Source: a virus. Taken from it: 41,381 nucleotides of DNA. The stretch lies in IMG/VR virus record IMGVR_UViG_3300044855_000055. The stretch is one strand, 5' to 3'. The number at the start of each line of letters is the position of its first letter. The stretch's first letter is position 1. This document shows, piece by piece, positions 23,608 to 32,002 of this stretch. The notes under the pieces are model-generated. The model saw nothing but the letters and a program-made list of their open reading frames with translations. It did not search any database and was not told the DNA's origin. Both the position numbers and the translations under genes were made by a program.

Positions 23608-24719
23608 GCCTCCGTGTCTAGGGGCATGATCACGCCCGTGTAGGTGTCGTCGCTACGCATGACGACCGCCGAGCCCTTGTCCTTGGCCGTGAGGGTCACC
23701 ACCGGGTCACCGCCAGAAGGAAGACACCGCAGCCACTCACGCACGTAGGCCGGGTCGAGCACCACCGAGCACTCATGCCCGGCGTCCTGCACCTCGCACG
23801 TCACGCTCGACTCGCCGGCCTCGGCCGACCGAGCGACCATGTGGATGCCTTCCTTCGTGAACGTGTACCGCACACCCTTCGACTGCTCGCTCGTCACGAT
23901 CGCCGCTGCCGTCGTGGCGGACAGCAGATCCGCCGCCAGGACAACGGTCGGCTCTTGCTCGCCCTTCGGCACAACGTCACGCCACCGAGGGAATCGGCCC
24001 TCGACCAGCCTAGCCGTCAGTCTGACGCCACCGCAGGTGCAGACAACCTCCCGGTCGCTGGCGTCGATCTCCACCATCTCCTGCCCCCCGGCCGCAGCCA
24101 GCGAGTAGAGGATCCCCGCCGCCCGAGCCGGCAGCAGCGTCTGCGACGGGTCAAGGTTCACCGCATTCTCAATCGCCGCCAGGTGCAGCCGCCGCCCGTC
24201 GGTTGCGACGAACGAGACCTGGCCCTCGGCCTCGACCTCGATCAGCACCGCCCCCAGTGCGTAGCGGCTGCTCTCGTTGTCGGTCGCCACCAGCACCGAG
24301 CGAATGGCATGGGCCAGCTGCTCAGCCGGATGCTGAGTCCTCGCCGTCAGCCCTTCCGGCTCCCACGTCGGGAACTCCGCTGCATCCTCGGTCGGCAGCG
24401 TCCAACTGCCACGACCACACCGCACCTCGCACGTCGAGCCCTTCGGCGCGAACGTCACCTCATCGCTGCCCGCGGCGTTCAGAATTGCCAACAGCCTGCC
24501 GTGAGGCAGCAACATGGCATCGCCGTGGTAGTCGATTGCCACGTCCAGGCGGACCTCAAGGTCCGTGGCCGAGACTCGACCGTCACCGATCCTGACGTTC
24601 GCCAGCACCGGCTTTACGGCACGGGACGACACAGCCTTTCCGACCACCTGCAATGCGCTCTTCAGCTCGGCGACGCTTAATGTCACAGTACCAGTCCGCT
24701 TTCGTTCCTTGACTGCCAT
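23604..24719 (-). CDS. dnaN: DNA polymerase III beta subunit-like sliding clamp
   Basis: 371 aa with VSATDLEVRL and FVATDGRRLHLA (the ATDGhRLa hallmark) and three-domain length. Confidence 0.85.
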   Translation of the reverse strand: MAVKERKRTGTVTLSVAELKSALQVVGKAVSSRAVKPVLANVRIGDGRVSATDLEVRLDVAIDYHGDAMLLPHGRLLAILNAAGSDEVTFAPKGSTCEVRCGRGSWTLPTEDAAEFPTWEPEGLTARTQHPAEQLAHAIRSVLVATDNESSRYALGAVLIEVEAEGQVSFVATDGRRLHLAAIENAVNLDPSQTLLPARAAGILYSLAAAGGQEMVEIDASDREVVCTCGGVRLTARLVEGRFPRWRDVVPKGEQEPTVVLAADLLSATTAAAIVTSEQSKGVRYTFTKEGIHMVARSAEAGESSVTCEVQDAGHECSVVLDPAYVREWLRCLPSGGDPVVTLTAKDKGSAVVMRSDDTYTGVIMPLDTEA

Positions 24720-24821
24720 CGTTCGGCTCCTTCCTCAAAGCCACACCCACACACAGCCCAAGGGCGAACGTCGCCGCCTGGACCAAGATTCCTACTGCGA
24801 TGCACGCTACGTGCGTCGTTG

Positions 24822-25016
24822 TCATCGGCGTGCCTCCGCTCGTTCGAGTTGTGCCGCCTGCCTGCCCAGCCGCAGCGTCAGGTCGTCGATGGTTTCGTGC
24901 GACCACTCCAAGAGTTTCCTTGTCGCGTCGTCGATGTGCTCGGGCCACGCATGTATCTCCAGCATGCGAGCCAGCATCACGGGCGACGGTCGCGGGTAGG
25001 GGTTGCCTTCAGCCAT
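24822..25016 (-). CDS. Hypothetical protein (64 aa)
   Basis: Start at MAEGNPY (25016), overlapping the stop of the LexA-like gene. The longer ORF upstream is Arg-rich shadow. Confidence 0.45.
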   Translation of the reverse strand: MAEGNPYPRPSPVMLARMLEIHAWPEHIDDATRKLLEWSHETIDDLTLRLGRQAAQLERAEARR

Positions 25017-25254
25017 CGGTTGCCTCCACGGGAACGGGGGAACGAGCGATGCCGCTGGTCTGCCGCAGCAGCCCCTTGCGGACGAGAGCACTGACGTGGC
25101 ACGCGGCCGTGTTCGGCGACACCCACTTGAAATGCGCCACGATGTCGCGGAGAGCCGGGGAGTAGCCAAGCTCGTCGATGTGCCGGCGGATGTACGCCAG
25201 CACCTCGATTTGCCGAGCCGTCGCGGGTAGGTCTTCGCAGCGTAGGGCGGTCAT
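25009..25254 (-). CDS. LexA N-terminal DNA-binding domain protein (no S24 peptidase domain)
   Basis: ATARQIEVLAYIRRHIDELGYSPALRDIVAHFKWVSPNTAACHVSALVRKGLL..TSGIARS is collinear with the E. coli LexA N-terminus. The protein ends at 81 aa. Confidence 0.8.
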   Translation of the reverse strand: MTALRCEDLPATARQIEVLAYIRRHIDELGYSPALRDIVAHFKWVSPNTAACHVSALVRKGLLRQTSGIARSPVPVEATDG

Positions 25255-25724
25255 GACCAGACCCTCCCGCCGTTGTCCAAGCCGAGACGCTGGAGCAGGT
25301 ACGACACCAGCCGGTAGGCCGTGTGCATGCGGATCTGTAGGTCCGCCGCTTTGTCGGCGATGAGCTTGATGACCTCCCGATGGCTCTCCACCGTGGCGTC
25401 ATCGACGACCAGCATCAGGTCAGCCTTGGTCCGCTCGTCCAGTTCCGCGGCGATGTCCACCCTGGCCGGCCTCGGTTCAGACGACGGCCGGCTCGGGTTG
25501 CGAGCGTCCTTCAGCCGCTTGAGCGACCGGTACTCCTCGCGGAACCACTTCAGCTGCGGGTACAGCGTGTCGTTGTTCCGCTTCACGTTGCGGGCCGCAT
25601 CGAAGAGCACGTCCTGATCGACGCTCGACAGGTCGTCAGACCAGAGCCGACGCTCTTCGTCGGTCCACTGGCACTGCGGCCAGAGTTGGTTGATGGCGGT
25701 CTTGTTCTGCTCCCACGTTCTCAC
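25251..25724 (-). CDS. Hypothetical replication-module protein
   Basis: 157-aa ORF with ATGA overlaps on both sides. It lies downstream of the DUF1376 gene. Confidence 0.55.
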   Translation of the reverse strand: MRTWEQNKTAINQLWPQCQWTDEERRLWSDDLSSVDQDVLFDAARNVKRNNDTLYPQLKWFREEYRSLKRLKDARNPSRPSSEPRPARVDIAAELDERTKADLMLVVDDATVESHREVIKLIADKAADLQIRMHTAYRLVSYLLQRLGLDNGGRVWS

Positions 25725-26527
25725 AGGTTCCCTCCTGCCGGTTGTCGGCTGCGGCTTCGTGCCTGGTGCTCAAACTTCGGGTCGGCAAACTCGCCTGCCC
25801 TGATGCGGTCAACGAAGTCAAAGAATCGAGTGACCGGCAGAGGGCGGTTGAAGTACGCCCGGCTCGGCAGTCGAGCCAGTGCCTCCCGTGCCCGCTGGAG
25901 CCAGCCAGGAGACGCTGCCAGGTCCGTCCACCCGTCAGGGGCTGTGAGGTGCGGCCAAGGCTCAGCCCGCTCCGTGGCGTTCCAGACGGCCACGAACCGC
26001 TGCCACTCGTCTGCCGCCCAGCCGGGTTGGCGAAAGTCGCCCGCCGGTCCCGTGTGTGTGTGTGTTTCTTCTTCTCTTACGGGAAGGCTAGGGGAAGGAT
26101 TAGGGGCTAGACTTTTGCTAGGGGTTTGCCAGCCGCTTGCCAGCCCGTTTGCTAGAGGTTTGCTAAACGTTTGCTTGCCGTTCGCTACGTTCGCCGCCTT
26201 CGCCCGGCCACCTGCGCTGCCTGCCTTTGACCGCTCTTCGCGCATGTCGGACACCGCAGACCGCTCCCGCTCAAGGCGGTCGTGACTCAGCCGACCGTCT
26301 TCGAGCACGGTGAGCCGCGCCCTAATCTGCTGCCAGTCCTCGTTGCCGATGCCGCCGGCGATCCGGCCACATGCCGCTTCGTTGTCTGGGATTCCGCCGC
26401 GGGTCCAGGCGAAGCACAGCAGCCGCATGTACGCACCGAAGCAGGCCGGCGTCATATCGACGCAGGACGCGATCAGGTCGTCGCAGAACAGCGGCAGGAC
26501 GTGCAGGCTATCGGGCTTGCGTGCCAT
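25721..26527 (-). CDS. DUF1376 (YdaU-like) domain protein, replication-associated
   Basis: ATG at 26527 with GGAGG 6 nt upstream. Pattern: LPLFCDDLIASCVDMTPACFGAYMRLLCFAWTRGGIPD. Confidence 0.6.
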   Translation of the reverse strand: MARKPDSLHVLPLFCDDLIASCVDMTPACFGAYMRLLCFAWTRGGIPDNEAACGRIAGGIGNEDWQQIRARLTVLEDGRLSHDRLERERSAVSDMREERSKAGSAGGRAKAANVANGKQTFSKPLANGLASGWQTPSKSLAPNPSPSLPVREEETHTHTGPAGDFRQPGWAADEWQRFVAVWNATERAEPWPHLTAPDGWTDLAASPGWLQRAREALARLPSRAYFNRPLPVTRFFDFVDRIRAGEFADPKFEHQARSRSRQPAGGNL

Positions 26528-26735
26528 CCTTGGCCTCCACACTTATTTCCACCGATGCGTCGATTACATACATAATCCGCTCCACAACGCGCAAAGAGCA
26601 GGATCGTTGGCCATTTACAAAACGAGTTACCGTCGTGCTGGACAGTCGCGCGGCTTGAGCTATCTGCCTCAACGGCCTACCGTCTTTCTCGATGGCCTGC
26701 CGCAGAGCAAACGAAATGGTTTTTGAGTAAGCCAT
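26508..26735 (-). CDS. XRE/Cro-type HTH regulator
   Basis: 75 aa. HTH-like segment: LRQIAQAARLSSTTVTRFVNGQRS. It sits in locally lower-GC DNA. Confidence 0.65.
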   Translation of the reverse strand: MAYSKTISFALRQAIEKDGRPLRQIAQAARLSSTTVTRFVNGQRSCSLRVVERIMYVIDASVEISVEAKDGTQAR

Positions 26736-26804
26736 GTTGGACTCCTTTCCATTCCGCCCCGCCGCGTCGAAGCGGCATCGTGCCTATCACGGGGGCGGCT
26801 GCGA

Positions 26805-27413
26805 TCAGTAGGTCGGCTCAGCCTGAGAATCGGCCTTGGGCTGCATAATGCGGGTGATTCTTCGGCCCCTTCCGGATTTACGAAGCGCAACCATGGCGTT
26901 GAACACGAACCGCTCATCGAACCAATTTCCCCATCCACTGCGAAACAGTTGGTTGGTCGCTCGAGTAATGACGTGAGTCATTGCGACATCGTCGCCTAGG
27001 CCTCCAGCCAAACGGAGAGGCAACTCGCCCATCGATTTCATTTGTTCCATAGAGACTCCGTGCCGGTTTCGACTCTCGCGAAGGTACGGCGACCACTGGC
27101 CTTTGTGTGCCCCCCAGTTCTTTTCTTTCTTATGGGCGCGGTGCAGCAAGCCCCATACATGCCACGGCTCAAGGCACACGTCGATTGAGCGGTTGACTCC
27201 GTCTGTCATCTGCGTCAACTCGGGGGAGTAAGGGTAGTGATCTCTGCCGAGGCGCTGGTCGGCAAACCAACCCCACACCATGCGAACGACTGAGCCTGCC
27301 GTCCGTGCGTCCGCTACGCCCAGTTGTGCGGCAGAAGGCTTCAATAGCGGCAACGCTCTGGCGTCCAAGCTCTCGACCATCCCCCACGCCTCAATGTCGT
27401 GTATGAACTTCAC
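26805..27413 (-). CDS. Hypothetical protein (202 aa, Trp-rich) in a lower-GC island
   Basis: Clean ORF with no recognised motif. GC is about 53-57% in most hand-sampled lines. Confidence 0.55.
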   Translation of the reverse strand: MKFIHDIEAWGMVESLDARALPLLKPSAAQLGVADARTAGSVVRMVWGWFADQRLGRDHYPYSPELTQMTDGVNRSIDVCLEPWHVWGLLHRAHKKEKNWGAHKGQWSPYLRESRNRHGVSMEQMKSMGELPLRLAGGLGDDVAMTHVITRATNQLFRSGWGNWFDERFVFNAMVALRKSGRGRRITRIMQPKADSQAEPTY

Positions 27414-27431
27414 GGTCAGATCTCCTTTGTG

Positions 27432-27755
27432 TCACGCTTTCTTCCAAACCACCGCCATGCGTCCGCTCGCGGTCCGCCTGGTGCTGCCGCTCTCGACGAT
27501 CATGCCGCGTCGTGCCAGTTCGATCCGCCGCGGTCGCACTGTGGACGGGTTCATCTCGAGTTCGTTCGCGATCTCCTCGTCAGTGGCACCGCTGGGCCTC
27601 CGCGCGATGAACTCGAGCACCCGCTTCTGGAGTGCGTTGAGCGTGGCCGGCGTCAGCGAGTCGGCTGCCGCGGCCGAGGTGACCGAGCCGCGAACGGCAG
27701 GGGCAGGCTGGGCGAAGAGCGGGCCGGGGGTGTCTTCGATGCCGTAGTGGTTCAT
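27432..27755 (-). CDS. Winged-helix (MarR-like) DNA-binding protein
   Basis: Pattern: LQKRVLEFIARRPSGATDEEIANELEMNPSTVRPRRIELARRGMI. Confidence 0.6.
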   Translation of the reverse strand: MNHYGIEDTPGPLFAQPAPAVRGSVTSAAAADSLTPATLNALQKRVLEFIARRPSGATDEEIANELEMNPSTVRPRRIELARRGMIVESGSTRRTASGRMAVVWKKA

Positions 27756-28648
27756 GCGACAGCCTCCGGTGCATCGAACAGCGTTTTGCTGTCCGCCCTG
27801 TGCGTCCGCTCTGCCTTCGCCAGATTCCTCAACGCCTGGGCGTGGTACTCGGGCTTCAGTTCGCAGCCATAGAAACGCCGGCCACGCTGCAACGACATGT
27901 AGCCCTCGCTGCCGATGCCGGTAAACGGCGAGAACACCACTTCGCCGGGGTTGCTGTAGAGCCTGACGAGCCTGTCAATCACGTCTAACTGCAGCGGGCA
28001 GATGTGCTTCGTGTCATCTTCGCTGCGGGCTTCCTTGACGTTGAGCGTGTTCGTCTCGCGGATGTCGCTCCAACAGCATTCAGCCCAGTCGATCCACTCG
28101 TTCCGCGACACGTCGCCCTCGGAGTCGATTGCGACGGCGTTCTCGCCTGGGGCACGGAACTTGATTAGGTAGTCGGGCAGGCACCCACGCTGCTTGGCCC
28201 GGTCGCTTTCAAGGCCCGCAAACTGCAACTCGCGGCTGCGAGTCCTGATTGCCTGGGCCTGCGGATTCTTTCGAACTACCCAGTCGTATTCGTAGACGAG
28301 CCCGGCACGCTCGCCGAGGCGGATATTGAGTCCGCGGTAATCGTGCAGGCCGACCTCGCCGCTCCGCTTCAGTCTCGGGATCTGCATGACGTGGACGACG
28401 GCCGCCCGCCCCGGCTTCAACACGCGAGCAAGCCCGCGGAAGAAGTAGGAAAGGTGGATCTTGGCTTCGCCTCTCATGTCTTCGCTGTTGCCGATGTCCT
28501 CCGCTTTCGCCGTGTAGGCGAAAAGACTCGGGAAAGGCGGCGAGAACACAGAGAAGTCGACGGATGCCGGCGGCATGTCCTCGAGCATGTGGGGAATGCA
28601 GTCGCCGCGGTGCACGGCATATGGCTTGTTATCAGGCAGTAGCGTCAC
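27752..28648 (-). CDS. DNA methyltransferase, N4-cytosine/N6-adenine beta class (PF01555-like)
   Basis: SPPF catalytic motif near the N-terminus (FSVFSPPFPSLF) and a C-terminal AdoMet motif (VVFSPFTGIGSEG). No restriction partner gene is present. Confidence 0.75.
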   Translation of the reverse strand: MTLLPDNKPYAVHRGDCIPHMLEDMPPASVDFSVFSPPFPSLFAYTAKAEDIGNSEDMRGEAKIHLSYFFRGLARVLKPGRAAVVHVMQIPRLKRSGEVGLHDYRGLNIRLGERAGLVYEYDWVVRKNPQAQAIRTRSRELQFAGLESDRAKQRGCLPDYLIKFRAPGENAVAIDSEGDVSRNEWIDWAECCWSDIRETNTLNVKEARSEDDTKHICPLQLDVIDRLVRLYSNPGEVVFSPFTGIGSEGYMSLQRGRRFYGCELKPEYHAQALRNLAKAERTHRADSKTLFDAPEAVA

Positions 28649-30224
28649 GGAACATGGCCTCCTGTTCGCGGGTGTCAGCCTCGACGCGACGTGCCTTCCT
28701 CAGCACGTTCTCAACCATCGGGCGTTCGATGTCAGTCACGGGGATATGCACGTTCAAAGGTCTGGACGAACCGACGCGGTTGCTTCTCTTCACGGCCTGG
28801 TAGTACTCCTCGTAAGAGTCCTGCAGGCCGCTGAACACCTGCCTTGTGCAGACCTGAAGATTCAGGCCGAAGCCAAGGATCTTTGGCTTGGTGATGAGCA
28901 CCTTGATTCGCCCGGATTTGAACTCGTCAACCAACCGCTGGCGTTCTTCCTGCGGCGTCTTGCCGTCGATGCTGGCGGCCTCGGGAAGCATGCGGGCGAG
29001 CATGTCTTGCTCGTCGTTGTAGCGGCACCAGATGATGGTGCTTTCTGCCGGCCACTCGCGGACCATGTCCACGATGTACTGCGGCTTCTCGCTGCTCTCG
29101 CACTTCGCCATCCGTGAGAGTTTGGCCCTGGTCGTGATGCCTCCCAACTCGGTGACGAACAGCTGGCCAGTGACATTCCGCACCGCCTGTTCCTGCGCCT
29201 CAGACAGCCTCACGTCGTCGATGTGGACGTGAATCGGCGGGATGCTGTGGACGTTGTCCTTCCATCCGTAGGTGCTGGGGTCGGTCAGGAAGATGCACCA
29301 GTGCGAAAGAGCCCGGTAGAACGGCCGCAGGGCGTGCGGCTTTAGTTCCCACCTTTCTTGCGTCTGGCCTCGATTGATGAAGAACTTCGCCAAAAACGAA
29401 TTAACGTTGGGGAAGGCGTCGAGGAATACGGCGTGATTGGCGTACTCGATCCGGTCGTTCGGGGCAGGCGTCCCGGTCAGGGCCAGCTTCCACGGAACGC
29501 CGGCACCCATCCGCAAGCAGACCTGCCCCCACTTGCCGTAGTGGCTCTTGAGCATTGATGATTCGTCGAGGATGAGCCCGCCTAGGTCGCCGTCGGGAGT
29601 GTCGTCTCGCAGGGCGTCGTAGTTCGTGATGCCAAGCCGACCGCCTGGCTTCTTCATCCACTTGGCCAGATCCTTGGCTGCTACCTGCTCAATGGGAAGC
29701 GTGTCGCCGTAGAACTTCTCGGCCTCAGCCACCGTCTGCTGAACAACCATCAGCGGTGAGACAATCAGCACCGGCTTGTCGCGAACCGCCTCACGAACGT
29801 GCCGGGCAAACTCAAGCAGCATCAGCGTCTTGCCGAGCCCGCAGTCCGCGAAGATGGCAAACCGCTGCTTTTGCACGGCCATGCCGACAATGGCGGCCTG
29901 GTAATCGAACAGGCCGGGCTTCGGCTCGTAGCCAGCCAGCTTCGGATTGTCTGCCGAAACTCCGATAGCGTCAGCGTACTCGTCAGGAAACCACGCCAGT
30001 CGGCCGTGTATTTCATACCGTGGCAGCGTCTTGATTCGGAGGAACCGGCGGTAGGAATCAAGGCTGTCGTCGAGGTAAAGCTGCATCACGCGCATCCTTT
30101 CGTGTATTTGCCCGGTTACGCCGGGCTCGGTCGCCTCACCGTGGAGTCGGCGGCGACTGCGGTGGTTACTCGCCACTCCCGCAAGGCGACCAATGCGGCC
30201 GATGAATGCAGCCGCTGCGGCCAT
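28632..30224 (-). CDS. SNF2/DEAD-like helicase
   Basis: Motifs ADCGLGKT (motif I) and LILDESS (motif II), plus a C-terminal helicase domain (...GKTPQEERQRLVDEFKSGRIKVLI...GFGLNLQ). The start is uncertain; ATG at 30086 has the better RBS. Confidence 0.8.
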   Translation of the reverse strand: MAAAAAFIGRIGRLAGVASNHRSRRRLHGEATEPGVTGQIHERMRVMQLYLDDSLDSYRRFLRIKTLPRYEIHGRLAWFPDEYADAIGVSADNPKLAGYEPKPGLFDYQAAIVGMAVQKQRFAIFADCGLGKTLMLLEFARHVREAVRDKPVLIVSPLMVVQQTVAEAEKFYGDTLPIEQVAAKDLAKWMKKPGGRLGITNYDALRDDTPDGDLGGLILDESSMLKSHYGKWGQVCLRMGAGVPWKLALTGTPAPNDRIEYANHAVFLDAFPNVNSFLAKFFINRGQTQERWELKPHALRPFYRALSHWCIFLTDPSTYGWKDNVHSIPPIHVHIDDVRLSEAQEQAVRNVTGQLFVTELGGITTRAKLSRMAKCESSEKPQYIVDMVREWPAESTIIWCRYNDEQDMLARMLPEAASIDGKTPQEERQRLVDEFKSGRIKVLITKPKILGFGLNLQVCTRQVFSGLQDSYEEYYQAVKRSNRVGSSRPLNVHIPVTDIERPMVENVLRKARRVEADTREQEAMFRDATA

Positions 30225-30238
30225 GGTGGGCCGGTGTC

Positions 30239-30445
30239 TCAGTCCCCTGTCCAGTTGTTCTTCCAGCAGGATGGCGTCGGTGCCCGCGGTTCGTACTTGT
30301 CCTTCAACTCGTAGTAGTCCTGCACGCTCTTCTCGGCGGCGCGGTGCATGCGAATCGCCTCGTCCTGCAGCCTTTCGACGGCGTCGGCCATAGCGTCCTG
30401 CCCAACGCTCCGCAGGTAGTCGATGACGGCTTGCGGTGTCATCAT
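30239..30445 (-). CDS. Hypothetical protein (68 aa)
   Basis: Its start overlaps the RecT stop. Confidence 0.5.
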   Translation of the reverse strand: MMTPQAVIDYLRSVGQDAMADAVERLQDEAIRMHRAAEKSVQDYYELKDKYEPRAPTPSCWKNNWTGD

Positions 30446-31275
30446 GCGGTCACCTCATGCTCAGCGGCTTCGTGGGAGAACTCCTGGCCCTTGTCCTCGC
30501 CGATCAGCCTCTCGGCCTTCTGGTGGATCAGCCCGACCAGTGCCTGCTTGCCGGCCTCGTCGAAGACACCCTCGGCGGCTCGCTTGTCCACCAGCGTGCG
30601 GATCGCATCGAGCATGTCGAACGTCGTGGCCCTGCTAATCGCAAGTCGGGCCTTGCCCATCGGATCCTCGGGCACGACGGGGGCCGCTGCCGCTGCCGTC
30701 ACCTTGACCACGCTGTGCGTCGGCTCGCTCACGGCCGGCGTCTGGTAGTCCTGGGCTTCCTCGGCCGTCACAAGGCCACGCAGGGCGTCGGCGAAGGCGT
30801 TCCGCAGGGCGAAGCCCCGTGCTCTCAGGGCCAGCATTCGGGCCGGGTACTGAGTCCACGGGCCCGACTTGCCCCACAGGCCAGCCTTCTTAGCGTCGGC
30901 CACGGAGAACTTGGCGACCGTCGGCTGCGGGTAGCCACGCCGCTGGACCTCGCAGACGGCGGTGAGGTTGTCGCCGTCGCCCTCGGTGTACTCGCGGACG
31001 TAGAGGCACTGGGAGCTCGACTGCACCAGGGCCAGGGCCGCGTCGCCCCAGATCGTCGGCCTGCCGTTGATCACGGCGATCGACTGGAGCGCCTCCAGCG
31101 GGGTCAGCCCGACTTCGGCGCCTTTCTGGATCGCCAGAAGGCACGCTTCCGGCTTCCCGCGAAACTCCTTCGGTGCAAAGTCAGAGTTGGCCACCATCTT
31201 GGCGAACCGCCATGCGTCCTCGAACGTCAAGAGGGACAAGCCGCCAACCCGATGCGTGCTGATTTCTGTGGTCAT
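30442..31275 (-). CDS. recT: RecT-family single-strand annealing recombinase
   Basis: Pattern: AIQKGAEVGLTPLEALQSIAVINGRPTIWGDAALALV ... DAKKAGLW.K.GPW..YP.RML..RA....R. AAAGGAA RBS upstream. Confidence 0.7.
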   Translation of the reverse strand: MTTEISTHRVGGLSLLTFEDAWRFAKMVANSDFAPKEFRGKPEACLLAIQKGAEVGLTPLEALQSIAVINGRPTIWGDAALALVQSSSQCLYVREYTEGDGDNLTAVCEVQRRGYPQPTVAKFSVADAKKAGLWGKSGPWTQYPARMLALRARGFALRNAFADALRGLVTAEEAQDYQTPAVSEPTHSVVKVTAAAAAPVVPEDPMGKARLAISRATTFDMLDAIRTLVDKRAAEGVFDEAGKQALVGLIHQKAERLIGEDKGQEFSHEAAEHEVTA

Positions 31276-31369
31276 CTGTCATTCCTTTCGTCAGAAAAAC
31301 TGGATGTGATTTCTGTCAAAAACCCGCTCCGCGTCCTGCTCGGCGGGGTGTCGTTGCGTCCTTGCTACC

Positions 31370-31409
31370 CCGGTTCCACCGGGCTCCTTCCGCCGTCTGG
31401 TTCCACCAG
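31370..31409. promoter_or_regulatory. Two 13-bp palindromes, CCGGTTCCACCGG and CTGGTTCCACCAG, 27 bp centre to centre, upstream of recT
   Basis: Read directly from the sequence. They lie in the 156-nt gap between 31432 and 31275. Confidence 0.4.
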
Positions 31410-31431
31410 GCGACGGTCCTTGTGCGTGCGG

Positions 31432-31698
31432 TCAGAACGGCACGATCTGCTCGGCCGTCACCGCGTGGTGCTCGTTGCCCCGGTCAGGGACATGCCGCCG
31501 AACGTGGTAGGTGTCGTCGGTCAGCACCTCGACCACGACGCCGGCCAGCGTGCGGCCCTTGTCTCGCCACTTGATGCGGTCGCCGACCGCGTAGGTCGTG
31601 ACCAGCTTGCCGTCGATGAGCCGAGTCGTGCCGCCAGAGACGGTGTGCTCGGGCATGGCAGCGACGGCGGCGACGTACTCGTTGTGATGCGGGTCCAT
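31432..31698 (-). CDS. Hypothetical protein (possible SH3/Tudor-like fold)
   Basis: ATG at 31698 with AAGGAGA upstream. It contains YAVGDRIKW...LAGVVVEV. Confidence 0.5.
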   Translation of the reverse strand: MDPHHNEYVAAVAAMPEHTVSGGTTRLIDGKLVTTYAVGDRIKWRDKGRTLAGVVVEVLTDDTYHVRRHVPDRGNEHHAVTAEQIVPF

Positions 31699-31858
31699 GG
31701 TGGGGGTCTCCTTCGTGTGGCGGGTAAAGGTATCCACGAATCAAAACTGGTCAAGCGTTCACTAGCCGGAATCTGAAAGGCGCCTAGGGAACGGGGGAAA
31801 CGGTAGGTTTGCGGGTCGGGTTTTGGGACGGTAGCGTGTTGCAGTACGGCAACTATGG

Positions 31859-32002
31859 TCAACCAAGAATCTTCCAGGGGACGGCGGCCAGCAGTTCGAG
31901 CAGGTCGTGCACCGCGCGAGCGGCCGGCGAGTCGGTGCCGAGTTCCTGGCCGATGCGGACAAGGACGAGTGCGGACATCGCAGAGTTCCAGCGGCGTTTC
32001 AT
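31859..32002 (-). CDS. Small hypothetical protein (47 aa), putative
   Basis: ATGA overlap with the C5 methyltransferase stop. Sequence: MKRRWNSAMSALVLVRIGQELG... Confidence 0.35.
   Translation of the reverse strand: MKRRWNSAMSALVLVRIGQELGTDSPAARAVHDLLELLAAVPWKILG

Noticed and set aside
24583-24825. 81-aa minus-strand ORF with a strong N-terminal hydrophobic helix (MTTTHVACIAVGILVQAATFALGLCVGVAL) and an ATGA overlap with the upstream stop
   Set aside because: It would overlap the first ~137 nt of the clamp gene in another frame, and after the helix it turns Arg-rich. It may be a real short membrane peptide, but this cannot be supported from sequence alone.
30436-31776. 446-aa plus-strand ORF
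   Set aside because: It lies antisense to RecT and its neighbours. It is Arg/Gly/Leu-rich with no RBS context or motifs, so it is a shadow ORF.
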